Assembly: GCA_963693365.1 (NCBI GenBank)
Contig: CAVNZM010000002.1
Coordinates: 13,053,615-13,117,614 of the forward strand
Direction: 5' to 3'
Source: Amoebidium appalachense
Taxonomy: Eukaryota > Protista > Ichthyosporea
DNA: 64,000 nucleotides
Part shown: in pieces, positions 51,603 to 64,000 of the stretch
Position numbering within the stretch: the first letter of the stretch is position 1
How the letters are laid out: the number at the start of each line of letters is the position of its first letter
Program-made: the position numbers and the translations under genes
Notes under the pieces: generated by a model
Databases searched by the model: none
What the model saw: only the letters and a program-made list of their open reading frames with translations
Told to the model about the DNA's origin: nothing

Positions 51603-52085
51603 ATGGGAGACGCACTTTTGCGCCCCGATTCGGTTGACCCCGAACGATGCCCTGCATTTGCACCCTCAAAAAAAGCCCAGTGCAAAAACAGAAAGAAAAC
51701 ATGCCCACACCACAAGGACGGCTTCAAGCCCTGGGTATGCTTTGCCCCTGCCACCGGTGTCCTCCTCTACAGCGACAACACCATCAACATCCTCCACCCC
51801 CACAAGGCCGGGGACTATGCTCATGCAAACCTCCTGCTGGACGACCTCCTGGCCGCCTTTACAGTCGCAGAAATGCAGCGCCCTCGCACCGAGCGCACCG
51901 GGGTACCCGCGCTGACTGTGTCCACTCCGGATCCACCCATGGGTGCACCACAGCCACCGGTTGCAGCTGCAGCGGTGGGTGTGGGCAGGGAAAATGGGTA
52001 CTGCCAGGGCAAAACCAAGGCTGGCAATCCCTGCAAAAACAGGGTGAAATCTACGACCCATTGCCATAAGCACAAGCCCAAATAA
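51603..52085 (+). CDS. Protein with two NCLDV-type CCCH-like zinc fingers (DUF5763-like)
   Basis: RCPA..SKKAQCKN..TCPHH and YCQGKTKAGNPCKNR....HCHKH; intronless; reverse CCAAT boxes upstream; stop inside AATAAA. Confidence 0.75.
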   Translation: MGDALLRPDSVDPERCPAFAPSKKAQCKNRKKTCPHHKDGFKPWVCFAPATGVLLYSDNTINILHPHKAGDYAHANLLLDDLLAAFTVAEMQRPRTERTGVPALTVSTPDPPMGAPQPPVAAAAVGVGRENGYCQGKTKAGNPCKNRVKSTTHCHKHKPK

Positions 52086-52139
52086 AAAAACCACCCACAC
52101 ACCCCCACGTGCCAACATACACTATCCTCCCCGTGAGTG

Positions 52140-52720
52140 GCATGCCAGTCTCCCCTGCTCCCCTGCCCCCCTGCCCCCCCTGCCCCCCTGCCCCCCTGCT
52201 CCCCTGCCCCCCAGCCCCCCTGCCTGCCGGAACCAGGCCCCCCAGTGGTGGCATTCCAACACGTGCATGCTAGAAGATCGTGCTACATGAACAAATGGTC
52301 TTAACTCAGCCATACACACAACCATGGTTCCCCCACTCTCCCCAGCCTCCTGTGCACGTGTGCCTCCCCTGCACGTGTGCCCCCCTGCCTCCCGTAACCA
52401 GGCCCCCAGTGGTGGCATTCCAACACGTGCATACCATGGTTCCCCCACCCCCCCCAGTCTCGCCTGCTCCTCTGCCTCCTCTGCCTCCCGTCCTGCCGGA
52501 ACCAGGCCCCCCAGTGGTGGCATTCCAACACGTGCATGCCATGGTTCCCCCACTCTCCCCAGCCTCCTGTGCACGTGTGCCACCCCAGCCCCCCAGCCTC
52601 CCCTGCACGTGTGCCCCCCTGCCTGCCGGAACCACGGCCCCCAGTGGTGGCAGTGAGTGTCCCCCCTGCCTCCCCTGCACGTGTGCCCCCCCTGCCTCCC
52701 CTGCCTCCCGGAACCACGCC
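52140..52720. repeat. Irregular C-rich tandem repeats next to the palindrome
   Basis: ccggaaccaggccccc(c)agtggtggcattccaacacgtgcat and cctgcacgtgtgcccccc units. Confidence 0.85.
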
Positions 52721-52977
52721 CCGGCGCAGTGGCAGCTATTTTTAGATATAGAGATTCCATGGCCACATGGCCAGATGGCCAGATCATTTTGCTCACCGTT
52801 TTATCCCGTTTTATCCACCTTTTTCCACACACTGAATTTGACCTGGCCATCTGGCCATCTGGGTAGAGACCGTTTTCTGTTCTGATATTGGAGAACTGTC
52901 TGATAGTGATAGCAAATGTCATTCGAAGAACAATCGGGAAACCCCGTGGTGTGACAACCAATCAGAATGAAGCAATA

Positions 52978-53363
52978 TTGGGATATTCGGGTTGGTTGTA
53001 GGTTTCCGGGTCGGGCCGAAGGCCCTAACGGGCCGCAGGCCCGCCTATTGGGCCGCCAGGCCCTAGGCCGCCAGGCCCGGGGCCCCGGGGACCGGGGGCC
53101 CGACCCGGCCCGCGAGCCACCCCCGCCCGGCCCGGCCCGCGGGGCCCGGCGGCCCCGGGGTTAGCAGACTCTGCTAACCCCGGGGCCGCCGGGCCCCGCG
53201 GGCCGGGCCGGGCCGGGGGTGGCTCGCGGGCCGGGTCGGGCCCCCGGTCCCCGGGGCCCCGGGCCTGGCGGCCTAGGGCCTGGCGGCCCAATAGGCGGGC
53301 CTGCGGCCCGTTAGGGCCTTCGGCCCGACCCGGAAAACCTTACAACCAACCCGAATATCCCAA
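52978..53363. repeat. Near-perfect GC-rich palindrome (~190-bp arms, 1-nt centre at 53169)
   Basis: ttgggatattcgggttggttgta...ttagcaga-c-tctgctaa...tacaaccaacccgaatatcccaa; a few extra single bases in the right arm. Confidence 0.97.
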
Positions 53364-53893
53364 AATATATACGTGATGGTCAGGCGCTGACGGTAAGCTG
53401 ATTGGATGACGGCTACGGGGAAATAGTTCCGTGACTTTCATGGAATCGATGTTTGCTTTGCAGGGAAGAATTAGACCAGCAGGGTTCAAGGTTCACCAAA
53501 TTTTATTTATTTATTATTTCAGCTATTTAATACGGAATATATTATCATAGATATAACTCCAGTAAATTTTATTAACAATACTGTACTAAATAGGAGGAAA
53601 CGTTTCACTTTCGACGGTTTGTCACTGTGGTAGCCTAAATGTCCATGGTCGATCTACGAATCAACTCTGGCATCGTCAGCAGGCAGCTTGCCAAACTGTT
53701 TGTTGATAATGAAAACACCATTTTATTGGCGCACAAAGAAAATAAAGCTCTTTTAAGTTTTTAAAAACCCAGAAACGGATTTTAATTTTGTTATTATCAT
53801 ACTGAGAAAATCTTTTGAGTAAAACGCGGCTCACAAGGCACTGCCTAATTTGGAGACATAACCAATGACATGCCCGGGTTGAGCCTGTGGGGC

Positions 53894-53942
53894 TCCGACT
53901 CTTCCTTTGCATTCCACTGTGGAATGCAAAGGAAGAGTCGGA
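53894..53942. repeat. Perfect palindrome with 24-bp arms
   Basis: tccgactcttcctttgcattccac-t-gtggaatgcaaaggaagagtcgga. Confidence 0.95.
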
Positions 53943-55729
53943 CAGTCAGAAGTTCCCCCGCATTCGGATTTCGGAGCCCCAGAAAATACCCGCAACTTCT
54001 TGCAAGCCAACAAAAGATAATACATTATAAAGCAAAAGTTTTTCAATAACCATAAAATAACATAAATTTTAAACTTGTAACAAGTTGATATATTCCAGAA
54101 AACATCAATGACTGAAAAAAAAAACCGCTATTCCGGATTTTCTCACCACTTCCATTCACTATCTTATAACCAGTTTGCTTCGCTCATGGGATTCCCGGGA
54201 CAAACACTGATGGCGCGAAGATACGAACTGGTCGGCTGGATATGAACTGGCCTTTTTTTTGAACCCACGCGTGTGTAGTATCGTCACAGTCGTGTGTGTA
54301 CAGGTATATCGTGTGTGTCAGTGTGTTGGGCACAAACATGGTGTTGGTCAGTGTTAACGAAGTGCTCCATGCGCAGCACCCATTTTTTCTCCGTTGGCAC
54401 GTGACATGTGGACGATTTCAAATAATTATCAACGGTGTCATCAAATTCCCCCGGCTTATAATTACAGTAAACCATTTGCAGCGTGATGGGCGGAATACAT
54501 ATACACAACGCAATATTGGGAAACCTGTTGTTCAGCCTTTTTTATGCACAGTCAGGCTGCCAATAAACCTCAGGCTGTGGTTCATACTACCAGCGCTAGC
54601 ATGCTTCCATCCCTTTACAAGCCTCGTGAAGAAATCACCGTGTTGACCACGTATGCGCAGTGCATGTTGGGGCATGGGCATGACCTTGGCCATGGCCATC
54701 CATGGGCAAAGGCAACGGTTACTGGGATTACGACGAAGCTTGTCGTATAAAAGGTTCATTTCGAAATACTCATACAACCCTTAGCACACCCGTAACCGAA
54801 GTGAATCATCGTGTTTGGCAAGCACGTGCCTGCTTCACAAAGGTATGTCTTCACACAGAAAATAAGCCTTACTTTTTTTGTGTGTGGACAGTCACTGTTA
54901 ACAACGTTGCATAGACTTTGGGAGGGAAAGTGCTGGCGTGCGTGCATGCGTGCGTGAGTGCGTGCCTGCGTGCCTGCGTGCCTGCGCGCCTGCGTGCCTG
55001 CGCGCCTGCGTGCCTGCGTGTGTACGTACGTACGTGAGTGCTGCGTGCGAGCGTGCGTGTGTCTATGTATACACGTGTGTGTGTGTGCGCGCGCGAGCGT
55101 CCGTGTGTGTGTACACGTGTGTGTGTATGGTGGTTGTGTGGGTGTGCGTGCGAGTGTGTGATATGTTATGGTGTTTATAATTTACGGTGTGTGTGTCTGT
55201 GTGCCTGTGTGCCTGTGTGGCTGTGTGTGTCTGCGCGCGTGTGTGTGTGGCGATGGTCTGGGGGAGGGGAGGGGGGGGGGGGAAGGGGGGGGGGGGGGGG
55301 GGGGGGGGGGGAGGGAGGGGGGGTGTGTGTGTGGGGCGGGGGAGGGGGGGGGGGGGGTAGTGAATGAGCAAATGTGTTTTTTGTTCCCTTCTTCTCATGT
55401 TTTTTCCTTTTTTTTTTTTTTTTTTTTTTGTGGTGGCGGGGGGGAGGGGAGGGGGGGACAAGGGGGGGGGGGGGGGGGGGGGGGGGGGAGGGAGGGGGGG
55501 GATTATGGGAGAGGGAGGAAGAATGAATGACGAACGTTCAGAAAGACTCCTCGGGATTTGGAGAGAATGGGGCGCTGGATGGGCGGGCGGGTTAGGGTAA
55601 GCTCTGATGCCCTTGCGCGAATGGTGCCGGGAATAAACAGGCTTAGGATGTGTGTGTTTTTGTTTTGTTTTTGTTTTTGTTTTTGTTTTTTGTTTTTTGG
55701 GGGGGGGGGGGGGGGAGGGGGGGGTAAGG

Positions 55730-55760
<31 letters not shown>

Positions 55761-55828
55761 AGGGAGGGAGGGAGGGAGCGAGAGGGGGGATGGTGCTCCA
55801 ATTATCGATGTCATGTGTCAAGTTTTTC

Positions 55829-55896
<68 letters not shown>

Positions 55897-56095
55897 GGTA
55901 CAGCCATTGGTCGCCGTGGGTAAGGGCAGTGTTTGTTACCTCTGGGATGCAAGGCTCGAGTCCAAGTTTGCATTTCAAGGTTTTTTCCCCGGAGGAGTGC
56001 TCATAGGGATTACGGGTCTTCCGCCAATGAGCAAGGACTGTACCCGGTGAATATAGTTAAAGTTACAGTTAAAGAGTTAGTTTAGTTAAAGAGTG
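55897..56095 (+). mobile_element. Possible tRNA-derived SINE next to a (TA)n tract
   Basis: A-box-like TGGTCGCCGTGG, B-box-like GGCTCGAGTCC and an (AGTTA)-type repeated tail. Confidence 0.35.
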
Positions 56096-57257
56096 CTAAT
56101 GGTTCAGTCAGTTGGCTAACACACTGTTAATGATCCTCACTGTAGCTACAGTACTAGTACGGTACACACAGCCCAGTGTTTTTGCCCCAGCCTCCTTAGC
56201 GGGGAGAATGGAATGCAAGGCTTTTTTTTTTTTTTTTTCGGTTGGCCGAGGGTTTTGTTTTCGACGTGTATGATGACACGGGGATTTGAGACAGCAGCTA
56301 AAACAATTTCACCGGCTATACATACCGTTTTTTTTTTATGTGCAAATGTTTGCTAGGCCACAAGTTTTAAGATTGATATCATACTGAATGTTGCATGACA
56401 GCGAGATAGATTTTCCGACTACCAAAAGGCTATAGCTTAAGGATCCTGCTGCTTTCATGATAAATTAATGTCTGCGGCAAATCTTGCTATTTATTTTCGC
56501 TAATCAGCGATGATTTATGCACCAGAGTGGGTAGAACTAATTTTTATTATATTTTTAACACTATTCAAATTAGGGGCCAATGGGGGCACCCGGTGTTCTG
56601 GATAACGCACCCGGTGTTCTGGACACCGGGGGGGGAAGGGGGGGGGGGGGGGGGGGTACCCGGGGGGCAAGATCGCCGGGCTGAAAATGATTATGGCTCA
56701 GGATTTGGGAACTTCATAAGAGATCTGCAACCAAACCCCCTGAACTATACGAGATTAGCAGGAATTGCGTTTGTAAATTCCGAATACATTATATGATGCC
56801 TTCAACACCTGCCAGTAGCCTATGAAGTCCATCTGAGATTGAGTTACAAGGAAGATCACGGGAAGTACCGACCTGCTCGAATTTTCAATAAATATTTGCG
56901 TACATTGTCATATCGGAGATGCGGACGTCTCCTGTGAGTTTACTGTTACACAAAAAAGCTCCAATTAGTATTTGCTAGTTTATAACTCTTTCTTTTGTGT
57001 GTGGGGGGGAGGAGGGGGGAGGGGAGGGGGGGATAAAGAGAGGGAGAGGGAGAGAGAGAGAGAGTGGGGGGGGGGGGGGGGTTATAGAGAGTGGGGGGGG
57101 GGGAGGGGGGGGGATGACCGAAGAGGGGGGGAGGGGGGGAGGGGGGGAGGGGGGAGTGGATATACCGTGTGCCACAGTGGTGGTGGGTTGTGTGGGAAAG
57201 GAGGTGAATGGAGGGAGGGAAAGGGGAGGGGGTAGAGGGGTGGGGGGTAAAGGGGGG

Positions 57258-57321
<64 letters not shown>

Positions 57322-57746
57322 GGGGAAGGGGGAGTGGAAGTTGCAGGGCAGGGTGGGGGCCTGGGAGCACCGATTTGGTGTGGGGGCTGGTGGGTGAGTG
57401 GGGCCTCGGGAAGTTGGGGGGCGAGGTGGGGGGGGGGGAGGGGGGGAGGGGGGGGGGGGGGGGAGAAGGGAAGGGGGAGGAGGAAGGCATATATATCGCA
57501 GGGGGAAGCGTGCCAAGTGGAGGTGGGTGCGGGGCGGGGGGAGGGGGGGGGAGGGGGGGGGGGGGGGGGGGGGAGCTGGCACAGGAAAAATGGGGGGGAA
57601 GGGAGTTATGTGGAATCAAGGGAGCCAAACATGTTGCTAGGGCTGACCAGCGCTGGTAGAAGGAGGCAAAGGTCTGGATAATGGGAAGGCAGCAGGGTTT
57701 GCTTTAGATATTAGTTAAAGGCGACACGGTGGGTGGCTGGGTCACG

Positions 57747-57912
57747 GATCCGGCCTGACTGTTGAATGGGTGCGGCAGTTTAATTATTGATTAACCATTT
57801 ATGGTGTCGCGTCTAAGTGTTTATACTGTACACCTTGGATCCGGCCTGACTGTTGAATGGGTGCGGCAGTTTTATTATTGATTAACCATTTATGGTGTCG
57901 TGTCAAAGTGTT
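57747..57912. repeat. ~90-bp tandem duplication
   Basis: ggatccggcctgactgttgaatgggtgcggcagttt..attgattaaccatttatggtgtcg x2. Confidence 0.85.
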
Positions 57913-58112
57913 TCATTTAGTGTAGGAGGAGCTATTGTTTCCCTATTCTACATATATCATGCAGGGCCGACGTGGGGTACTACATCAATAATTAATACAG
58001 GGGGTGATTGATATTAAGATACTATGATCTGAACTTAAGTCTTCACTATTTTTTATTTTTATTTTTATTTTTTTTTCTTCATACACCCTACCAAACCTGG
58101 ATATCTGAGAAA

Positions 58113-58147
<35 letters not shown>

Positions 58148-58582
58148 CTGCGTTGATTACAAAGTGACTTGCTGCACGATTGAATTGTCACGAATGCAGC
58201 ATGCAATATTGCTTTAGTTTTCCACCGCAATCAAACGTTAACATGCTAAACAGTGTTGCTGAATGGCTTCTCAAGGTTCCCTAAGCTATCCGATGGCTGT
58301 TTGACCCCCCCCCCCCCCCCCCCCCCCCCCCCCTTGCCCTCATCCCCTCCCATCCCCCGGATCCTAGGGTGTTGCTAATCAAACTCTTAACTTAGTCACG
58401 AAGAAATATCGGGGGCAGAGAGGCAATGACCAATACCGATGATGCCTCTGTCCTCTTTTATGGCTTCCCCTCTCGGTGTTTCTCTGTTTCTAGCTTTAGA
58501 TCTTTCTTCGTTTTTTATTTCAGTTATTCGTCCAAGTTGTGTTCATGCACAATTCGTGAGTCACATATTAATGTGTGCACAC

Positions 58583-58724
<142 letters not shown>

Positions 58725-60901
58725 ACACGTGTGTGCGTGTGTGCGACAGTGTGTGCGTGTGTTTAGTGCCTGATGGAAAGGAGGCGGGGAGAGAGGGGGG
58801 AGGGGCCGGGAGGAGGGGGAGAAGAGGGGGGGGAGGGGGGGGGGGGGGGGGGGATTGAAAGAAAAATGCAGATAAATGGTGTGTCTGAGTCATGAGCCAC
58901 AAGGATGATTCTGAGGGGCCCTAAAAGCAAGGGGCCATGTATGTCTGTGTGATGGGCTCCGTCTCGAAAGTAGGTATACTGAGGTCCCATGAGCTGGTAC
59001 CCAATGTACACTAGCCTCAGCGGTATTGAATAAGACCATAAATAAAAAGGTTCAAATCAAACCAATCAAATCAAAGCAAAGGGCAGCCAAGCCGAACCAC
59101 CAGTTACACCCTAAAATGCCAGATACTCATTTTACATGAGTCCAGATCTCTAGCAATACAAATCATTGCTGATTATCATGATGATATCACAGATACAGGG
59201 GTGTAACTTGCACATGGTCACAGCCTTGAAAGGAAGAAGGGGCAGGGTCGGGGTGGTTGGGAGGAAGGCAGGGAAGGGGATTCCGAAAGAGGGGCGGGGA
59301 GGTTAGAACACGGTACGAAGCTCATTTTTTTATTTTTTTGGTTTAGTGCTCGGCTTCAAGCCCATTGCGCGACAACCACCCCAACCAGTCTACAGATCGT
59401 GTGTACAGAATATGATTGCCGCGGTGCAACTCCTACACTCTGCAATCACGACCCTGGTCCCGCCATAACAGACGGTACTAACCCAGGGGGAAGTATACGA
59501 TGAGAAACACGGTGCAGGACACATACAAACACAAACATTCAAGTATGCAACACCCGCAATGCGCGCAGTATGCATCATAAGCAAAACCCATCCTATAGCC
59601 ATATGCAGGGGGAAGGGAGGGGGGGGGGGGGGGGGGCAAGTCACCCCCTTAAAAAAGGTGGGGAAGGTTGGGGGGGGGGGGGGGGGGGGGGGGGAGGGGC
59701 CAAAATTTTAACCACTCGAGCTCGAGCCAACTGACAGATTACGCAATTAAAGGGTATTTCTTTGGGGTTTCCAGGTCGGGCCAGGTCAGAGAGGTTTCCA
59801 GCTATTTGATTGGTGTGCTGCGCATCAGACGCGCACCACCGTTTGGCCAGCAGCATGTTACAGATGCGCCATAATACAACAAAAGAAAAGAGAGAAAAAA
59901 GAAAGAAAGAAGGGAAAAAATAATAATCGCAAGCGTCAGGAAGAAGATTGCAGTTCCATGTTTTGATTTATATGGTGAGCAATTGGCTTGACCCGGATGT
60001 GCTGGAATGGGGGCAACCTATCGCAAACGGCAGAAAAAACGAAGAAACAATGTTTTGGATGTGCCCACTGGGTTCGAATCCACCACACAGCGCACCGTAC
60101 GGTATCACCACGCGGCCGGTCGGGTCTTCCGAAGTTCACCCCCAGACACCAGATATACGTTTGCGCCACTCCAACACTTTTTACTGGTTGCATAATTTTC
60201 ATGAACCCGGAGTCTTTGATAATAGTGTCCTTTAAGTATACGCCTGTACTGTAGCGGAACTTTTTCCACAGGCCTAAAAAAGTGTTGGCTCTGATCGAAT
60301 CCAGTTCAAGCGGAATACTATATAAGGCAACAGCGCAGAGTCGAAAAAGCGTTAAGTCCGGGTACGTGTATCCCATTGTCCAACCAGTTCATTGCACACC
60401 GGGCCCATAAATAACAGCTTAGGTCACCTTAAAGTTTTTTGTCCTTTCTTTTCTTTTCTTTCTTTTTTCGGGGGGTGGGGGGGGGGGGGGGGGACCATGG
60501 ACCATGTTTCATGATCTGTTCATATGTTACATTTATTCATCCCTGCTGTATGTTTCGTTTGTACTGTTTAATTAACAAGCACTTACATGTTCAAACCTCT
60601 TACTTTAAGTTCTCTATGCCATACCAGTAGCACACATCTGTTACCACAACTATCAAAAAACTAATGTTTTTCATCATCTTATCACAAAAGAGGGAAAAAA
60701 AGGAGGTGGTGCGAGTCAATAAGGTATGGTTGGTATAGGAAAAAGAAGGAGCAAAGCCAATCCACTGGGCAGAGCTGATTTTGATTTATTGATTTATTTT
60801 GATTGGTTGAGTCGACTATCAGACTATCATATATGGATTACGGGTTAGAGATCGCATTCGTGTCTTGTCAACGTTGTTGCTCAATGCCGATCTATGTGCC
60901 C

Positions 60902-60975
<74 letters not shown>

Positions 60976-60995
60976 TTGCGTGTCCCTGTGTGTGG

Positions 60996-61141
<146 letters not shown>

Positions 61142-61190
61142 GGGGGGGGGGGAGGTAGTACTCATTCACATCCCGCCCCTCACCACCCAT

Positions 61191-63384
61191 TTACTTCTTG
61201 GTGCACGGAGTGTTCGTCTCGGCCCCCTGAGTGACCAGTGTATATGGAGCGAGGTTATCCCCAGAATACGACACCCCGATCGCGTACTTTCCTGGGGGCA
61301 GGCATGCCGAAATTTGCACCAGTGTGTTTTCCATCAGCGGGCCTAGTTTCTGTGAGAACACCACCACGTCGTATATGGCACCGTCTCGTTTTCCGGCCAC
61401 TTGAACTTGGGCGTTTCCTGGCCCAGACCAGAAGAATGTGACCTGTGGGTGTGTGGATGGGTGGGGTGGGGTGGGGTGTAGGGTGTGGGGGGGTGGTGGT
61501 GGAGGGGATGGGAGGGGAGGGGGGGGGGGGGGGGAGGGGGAGGGGGAAGGGGGAAAGGGAGGGGGGGGGGGGGGGGGGGAGGGGTAATATTAGACGAGTC
61601 TGTGTAGACACTTTTGTTGGGTGTTGGTTCCCTTCAACATTACCAAAACGAAAGATAATTGCATTAAAAAACGGGCCGGGAAGAGGCGGCGGCGGCGGTG
61701 GTGGTGGTGGTGGAGGGGGGAGGGGAGGGGGGGGAGGGGCAGAATGTGTTACAAAGCATGAAGAACCTTCACGACGGGCAAACAATGAAGGTGTTGCAAG
61801 GGCACACAAAACGGGGGGGTGTCCAAAAAAAATGTGTGTGTGTATGTGTGTGTGTTTGGGGGGGGAGAGGGGGGAGGGGGGAGTCTATGTCGATTGTCGA
61901 TTTCTCCGCATCCACCGACACTATACCAAAAAGAAAAAAAAGAAAACGAAAATCATGGGGGGGGGGGGGGGGGACAGTTTTTTATATATATATTTTTTAT
62001 ATTTTTATATTGCACTTACCAGAGAGTTTGTGTTCAACTTTGGAACCTTCCTGACCTCAAACTTCTCCGACACAGTGAAAAACGTCGACTTGGGGACCTC
62101 GCCAGAGTACGTCGTGCACTTTGCGCCCCTGGCCACGCACGCGGGGGGCGGGGAAGTAGCACACTGATAACCACTGTATCCCCTTTGGCACCTGCACGTG
62201 TACCCTTGCTTGTATAGGCGGTTCTGCTTGCATTCTCCGCCGTTCTGGCAGGGTCTCGAATCGCACGGGTTGACTGCCTCCTTGCAGTTTCTCCCGGAGA
62301 AGAACGCTGGGCATGTGCATGTGTAGCTGGTACCGTTAACGCTCGTGCACGTGCCGCCGTTAAGGCATGGGTTAACCGCGCACATGTTGATCTGCGTCTC
62401 GCAATTTGCACCCGTCCACCCCTTAGGGCATAGACACTTGTATGTGGAAGCGGTGAGTTTTGCGCAAACGCCCCCGTTCTGGCACGGGTTTTTGGGAAGG
62501 CATGGGTTGGGCTCGATGGTACATTGCGCTCCAGTGTAACCGTTGAGGCACGTGCACGTGAAACCCGCGGGAGAGGATGTGCACTGGCCGTTGGCGCCGC
62601 ACGGATTTGATTGGCAGAAATCGATCTGGCTCTCGCACGTGCTTCCCGTGTATCCGGCAGGGCACGTGCACTGGAACTGCCCGTTCTGATTGGTGCATTG
62701 ACCTCCATTCTGGCACGGGTCGGGCAGGCACGGATTCACAGGGGGTGGGGGCGGGGATGGGGGTGCAGTCTCACAGTTTGTTCCCGTGTACCCGTCAACA
62801 CACGCGCACGTGTATGTCGACGAGTCGGAAGAGGTGCATTTGCCGTTGTTTTGGCAAGGGGAGGATGAGCAAGGATCGGTAGGGGGGACGGGCGGCACGG
62901 TGGTCGTTTGGCTCGGTGTATTGGTGGTGGTGGTGGTGGTCGTGGTGGTGGTCGTGGTGGTGGTCGTGGTGGTGGTCGTGGTGGTGGTGGGGGTTTCCGT
63001 GGGGGTTTCGCTGGTGCTTCCGCTTGCCGAGGGGGTTACAACAACGTCTGGGGTTTCGCAAGCCGTACCCGAAAATCCGGTCGGGCATGCGCAAGTGTAT
63101 GAAGATCCGTTGGTGGTGGAGCAGTTGCCGCCGTTCTGGCACGGGTTATTCGGGGCGCAAACCGAATTTTCGCAATTCAAACCGGAAAATCCGGAAGGGC
63201 AGGTGCACGAGTACACGAGCCCGTCGTTTGTGTTGCACGTGCCGCCGTTTTTGCATGGGTTGGAGGGGGTGTTGCACACAGTGTTTGCGAGCTCGGGCCC
63301 GGCGTAGACGAGAACCTTGGGGGTGTTGGCCGGGATAGTGTTGGTGCTTAAGGGGGTGGCCTTCTTCAGCAGGAAGTTGGTTAC
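61191..63384 (-). CDS. Host EGF-repeat/mucin extracellular protein (last two exons; 5' exons upstream)
   Basis: Exon 63384-62020 (8 PCxNGGxC-type EGF repeats and a poly-Thr stalk) splices in phase 0 (GTAAGT...CAG) to exon 61442-61191, ending ...NTPCTKK*. Confidence 0.9.
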
Positions 63385-63833
63385 CTGTGTGAGGGAAAAA
63401 GGAAAGAGTGAGTGGATAGACATGAAAATACAACCAAAAAAAGGGAGGGGGAGGAGGGGGTGGGGGGGTGGGGAGGGGGAGGGAGAGGGGGGAGGGGGGA
63501 GGGGAGGGGAAGAAGGACAGGGATAGAGAGACGGGCGAGGGGGAAGGAGAGGGGCTAGAATGTATTACAGAGTAGTACACATTCACGGTGGAAGGGGAAA
63601 AGCAGGGGGGTCATGGGGGGCAGGGGACGGAGTGTTAAATATGTCGGAGTACGATGTACATATCTCAACGGACAACACCATGCAAAGTGCAAACCGGGGG
63701 GACCAAATACACGGAGCACACCGACCCAGTGAAACAAATACACCCACTTGAGCGTGGCGGAGTGCAGGGCGGTACGGATTCTTTTCGGCTGGTGGTTACT
63801 TTGGTGGCACAGTGTGTGTGGGTGTGGGTGTGT

Positions 63834-63864
<31 letters not shown>

Positions 63865-63890
63865 GGGGGGTATAGATTAGGTGAGGGCTT

Positions 63891-63934
<44 letters not shown>

Positions 63935-64000
63935 AAAGGGGGGGGGGGGGGGGGACCAGCAAAAAAAAAAGGGGGGGGGGGGGGGATGGGGTTTATGGAT

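Larger units (their letters stand above)
38291..53363. mobile_element. Probable repeat-rich terminal arm of the same viral insertion
   Basis: Intronless ORFs 47642-49120 and 51603-52085 (NCLDV-type Cys/His fingers), CCAAT-rich repeats like those at 12.3-12.7 kb, tandem arrays and a terminal palindrome. Microsatellites and introns make the boundary uncertain. Confidence 0.5.

Noticed and set aside
54284-54947. Possible coding remnant in the host flank
   Set aside because: Short overlapping ORFs with stops in all frames and no recognisable domain.
55990-56045. HDV-like ribozyme (GCCAAT plus P2-like pairing)
   Set aside because: Too few bases between the paired segments to hold P1, P3 and P4.
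60060-60097. tRNA gene suggested by GGTTCGAATCC
   Set aside because: The T-stem pairs poorly and no D-arm or anticodon arm can be built upstream; at most an isolated B-box.
59936-60376. 146-aa minus-strand ORF as an extra exon of the EGF gene
   Set aside because: The EGF gene terminates at 61191; no recognisable domain or convincing splice sites here.

Overview
Eukaryotic genomic window carrying a large endogenous giant-virus (Nucleocytoviricota) insertion. Bases 1 to ~38,300 are a gene-dense, intronless, mostly GC-rich viral block. It encodes a Pox G9/A16-like entry-fusion protein, an aquaporin, a retropepsin-like protease, a NUDIX hydrolase, an A22/RuvC-like Holliday junction resolvase, a papain/Ulp-like protease, two penton/minor-capsid-like proteins, a DUF5906/D5-type SF3 helicase, a C2H2 zinc-finger protein and many KilA-N/Bro-like DNA-binding proteins fused to DUF559, T5orf172 or PD-(D/E)XK nucleases. 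Many genes share a GGTATAAAAG TATA box and AATAAA ends. From ~38.4 to ~53.4 kb the DNA is microsatellite-rich but still holds a 7-exon KDM4-like JmjN/JmjC gene, intronless ORFs (one with NCLDV-type CxxxTxxGxxC zinc fingers) and tandem-repeat arrays, and it ends in a ~385-bp near-perfect palindrome that may be a viral hairpin end or concatemer junction. The rest is host-like DNA with a spliced EGF-repeat gene running off the right edge. The most unusual structure is a mirror-symmetric module at 30.4-36.2 kb: an SF3 helicase plus an AGCTA iteron-like array, flanked on each side by a nuclease carrying a helicase-like winged-helix tail and then by a short paralog that lacks the catalytic lysine. 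All protein calls come from motif recognition by eye; no searches were run. The host may be a unicellular holozoan (ichthyosporean-like), but that is inference only.
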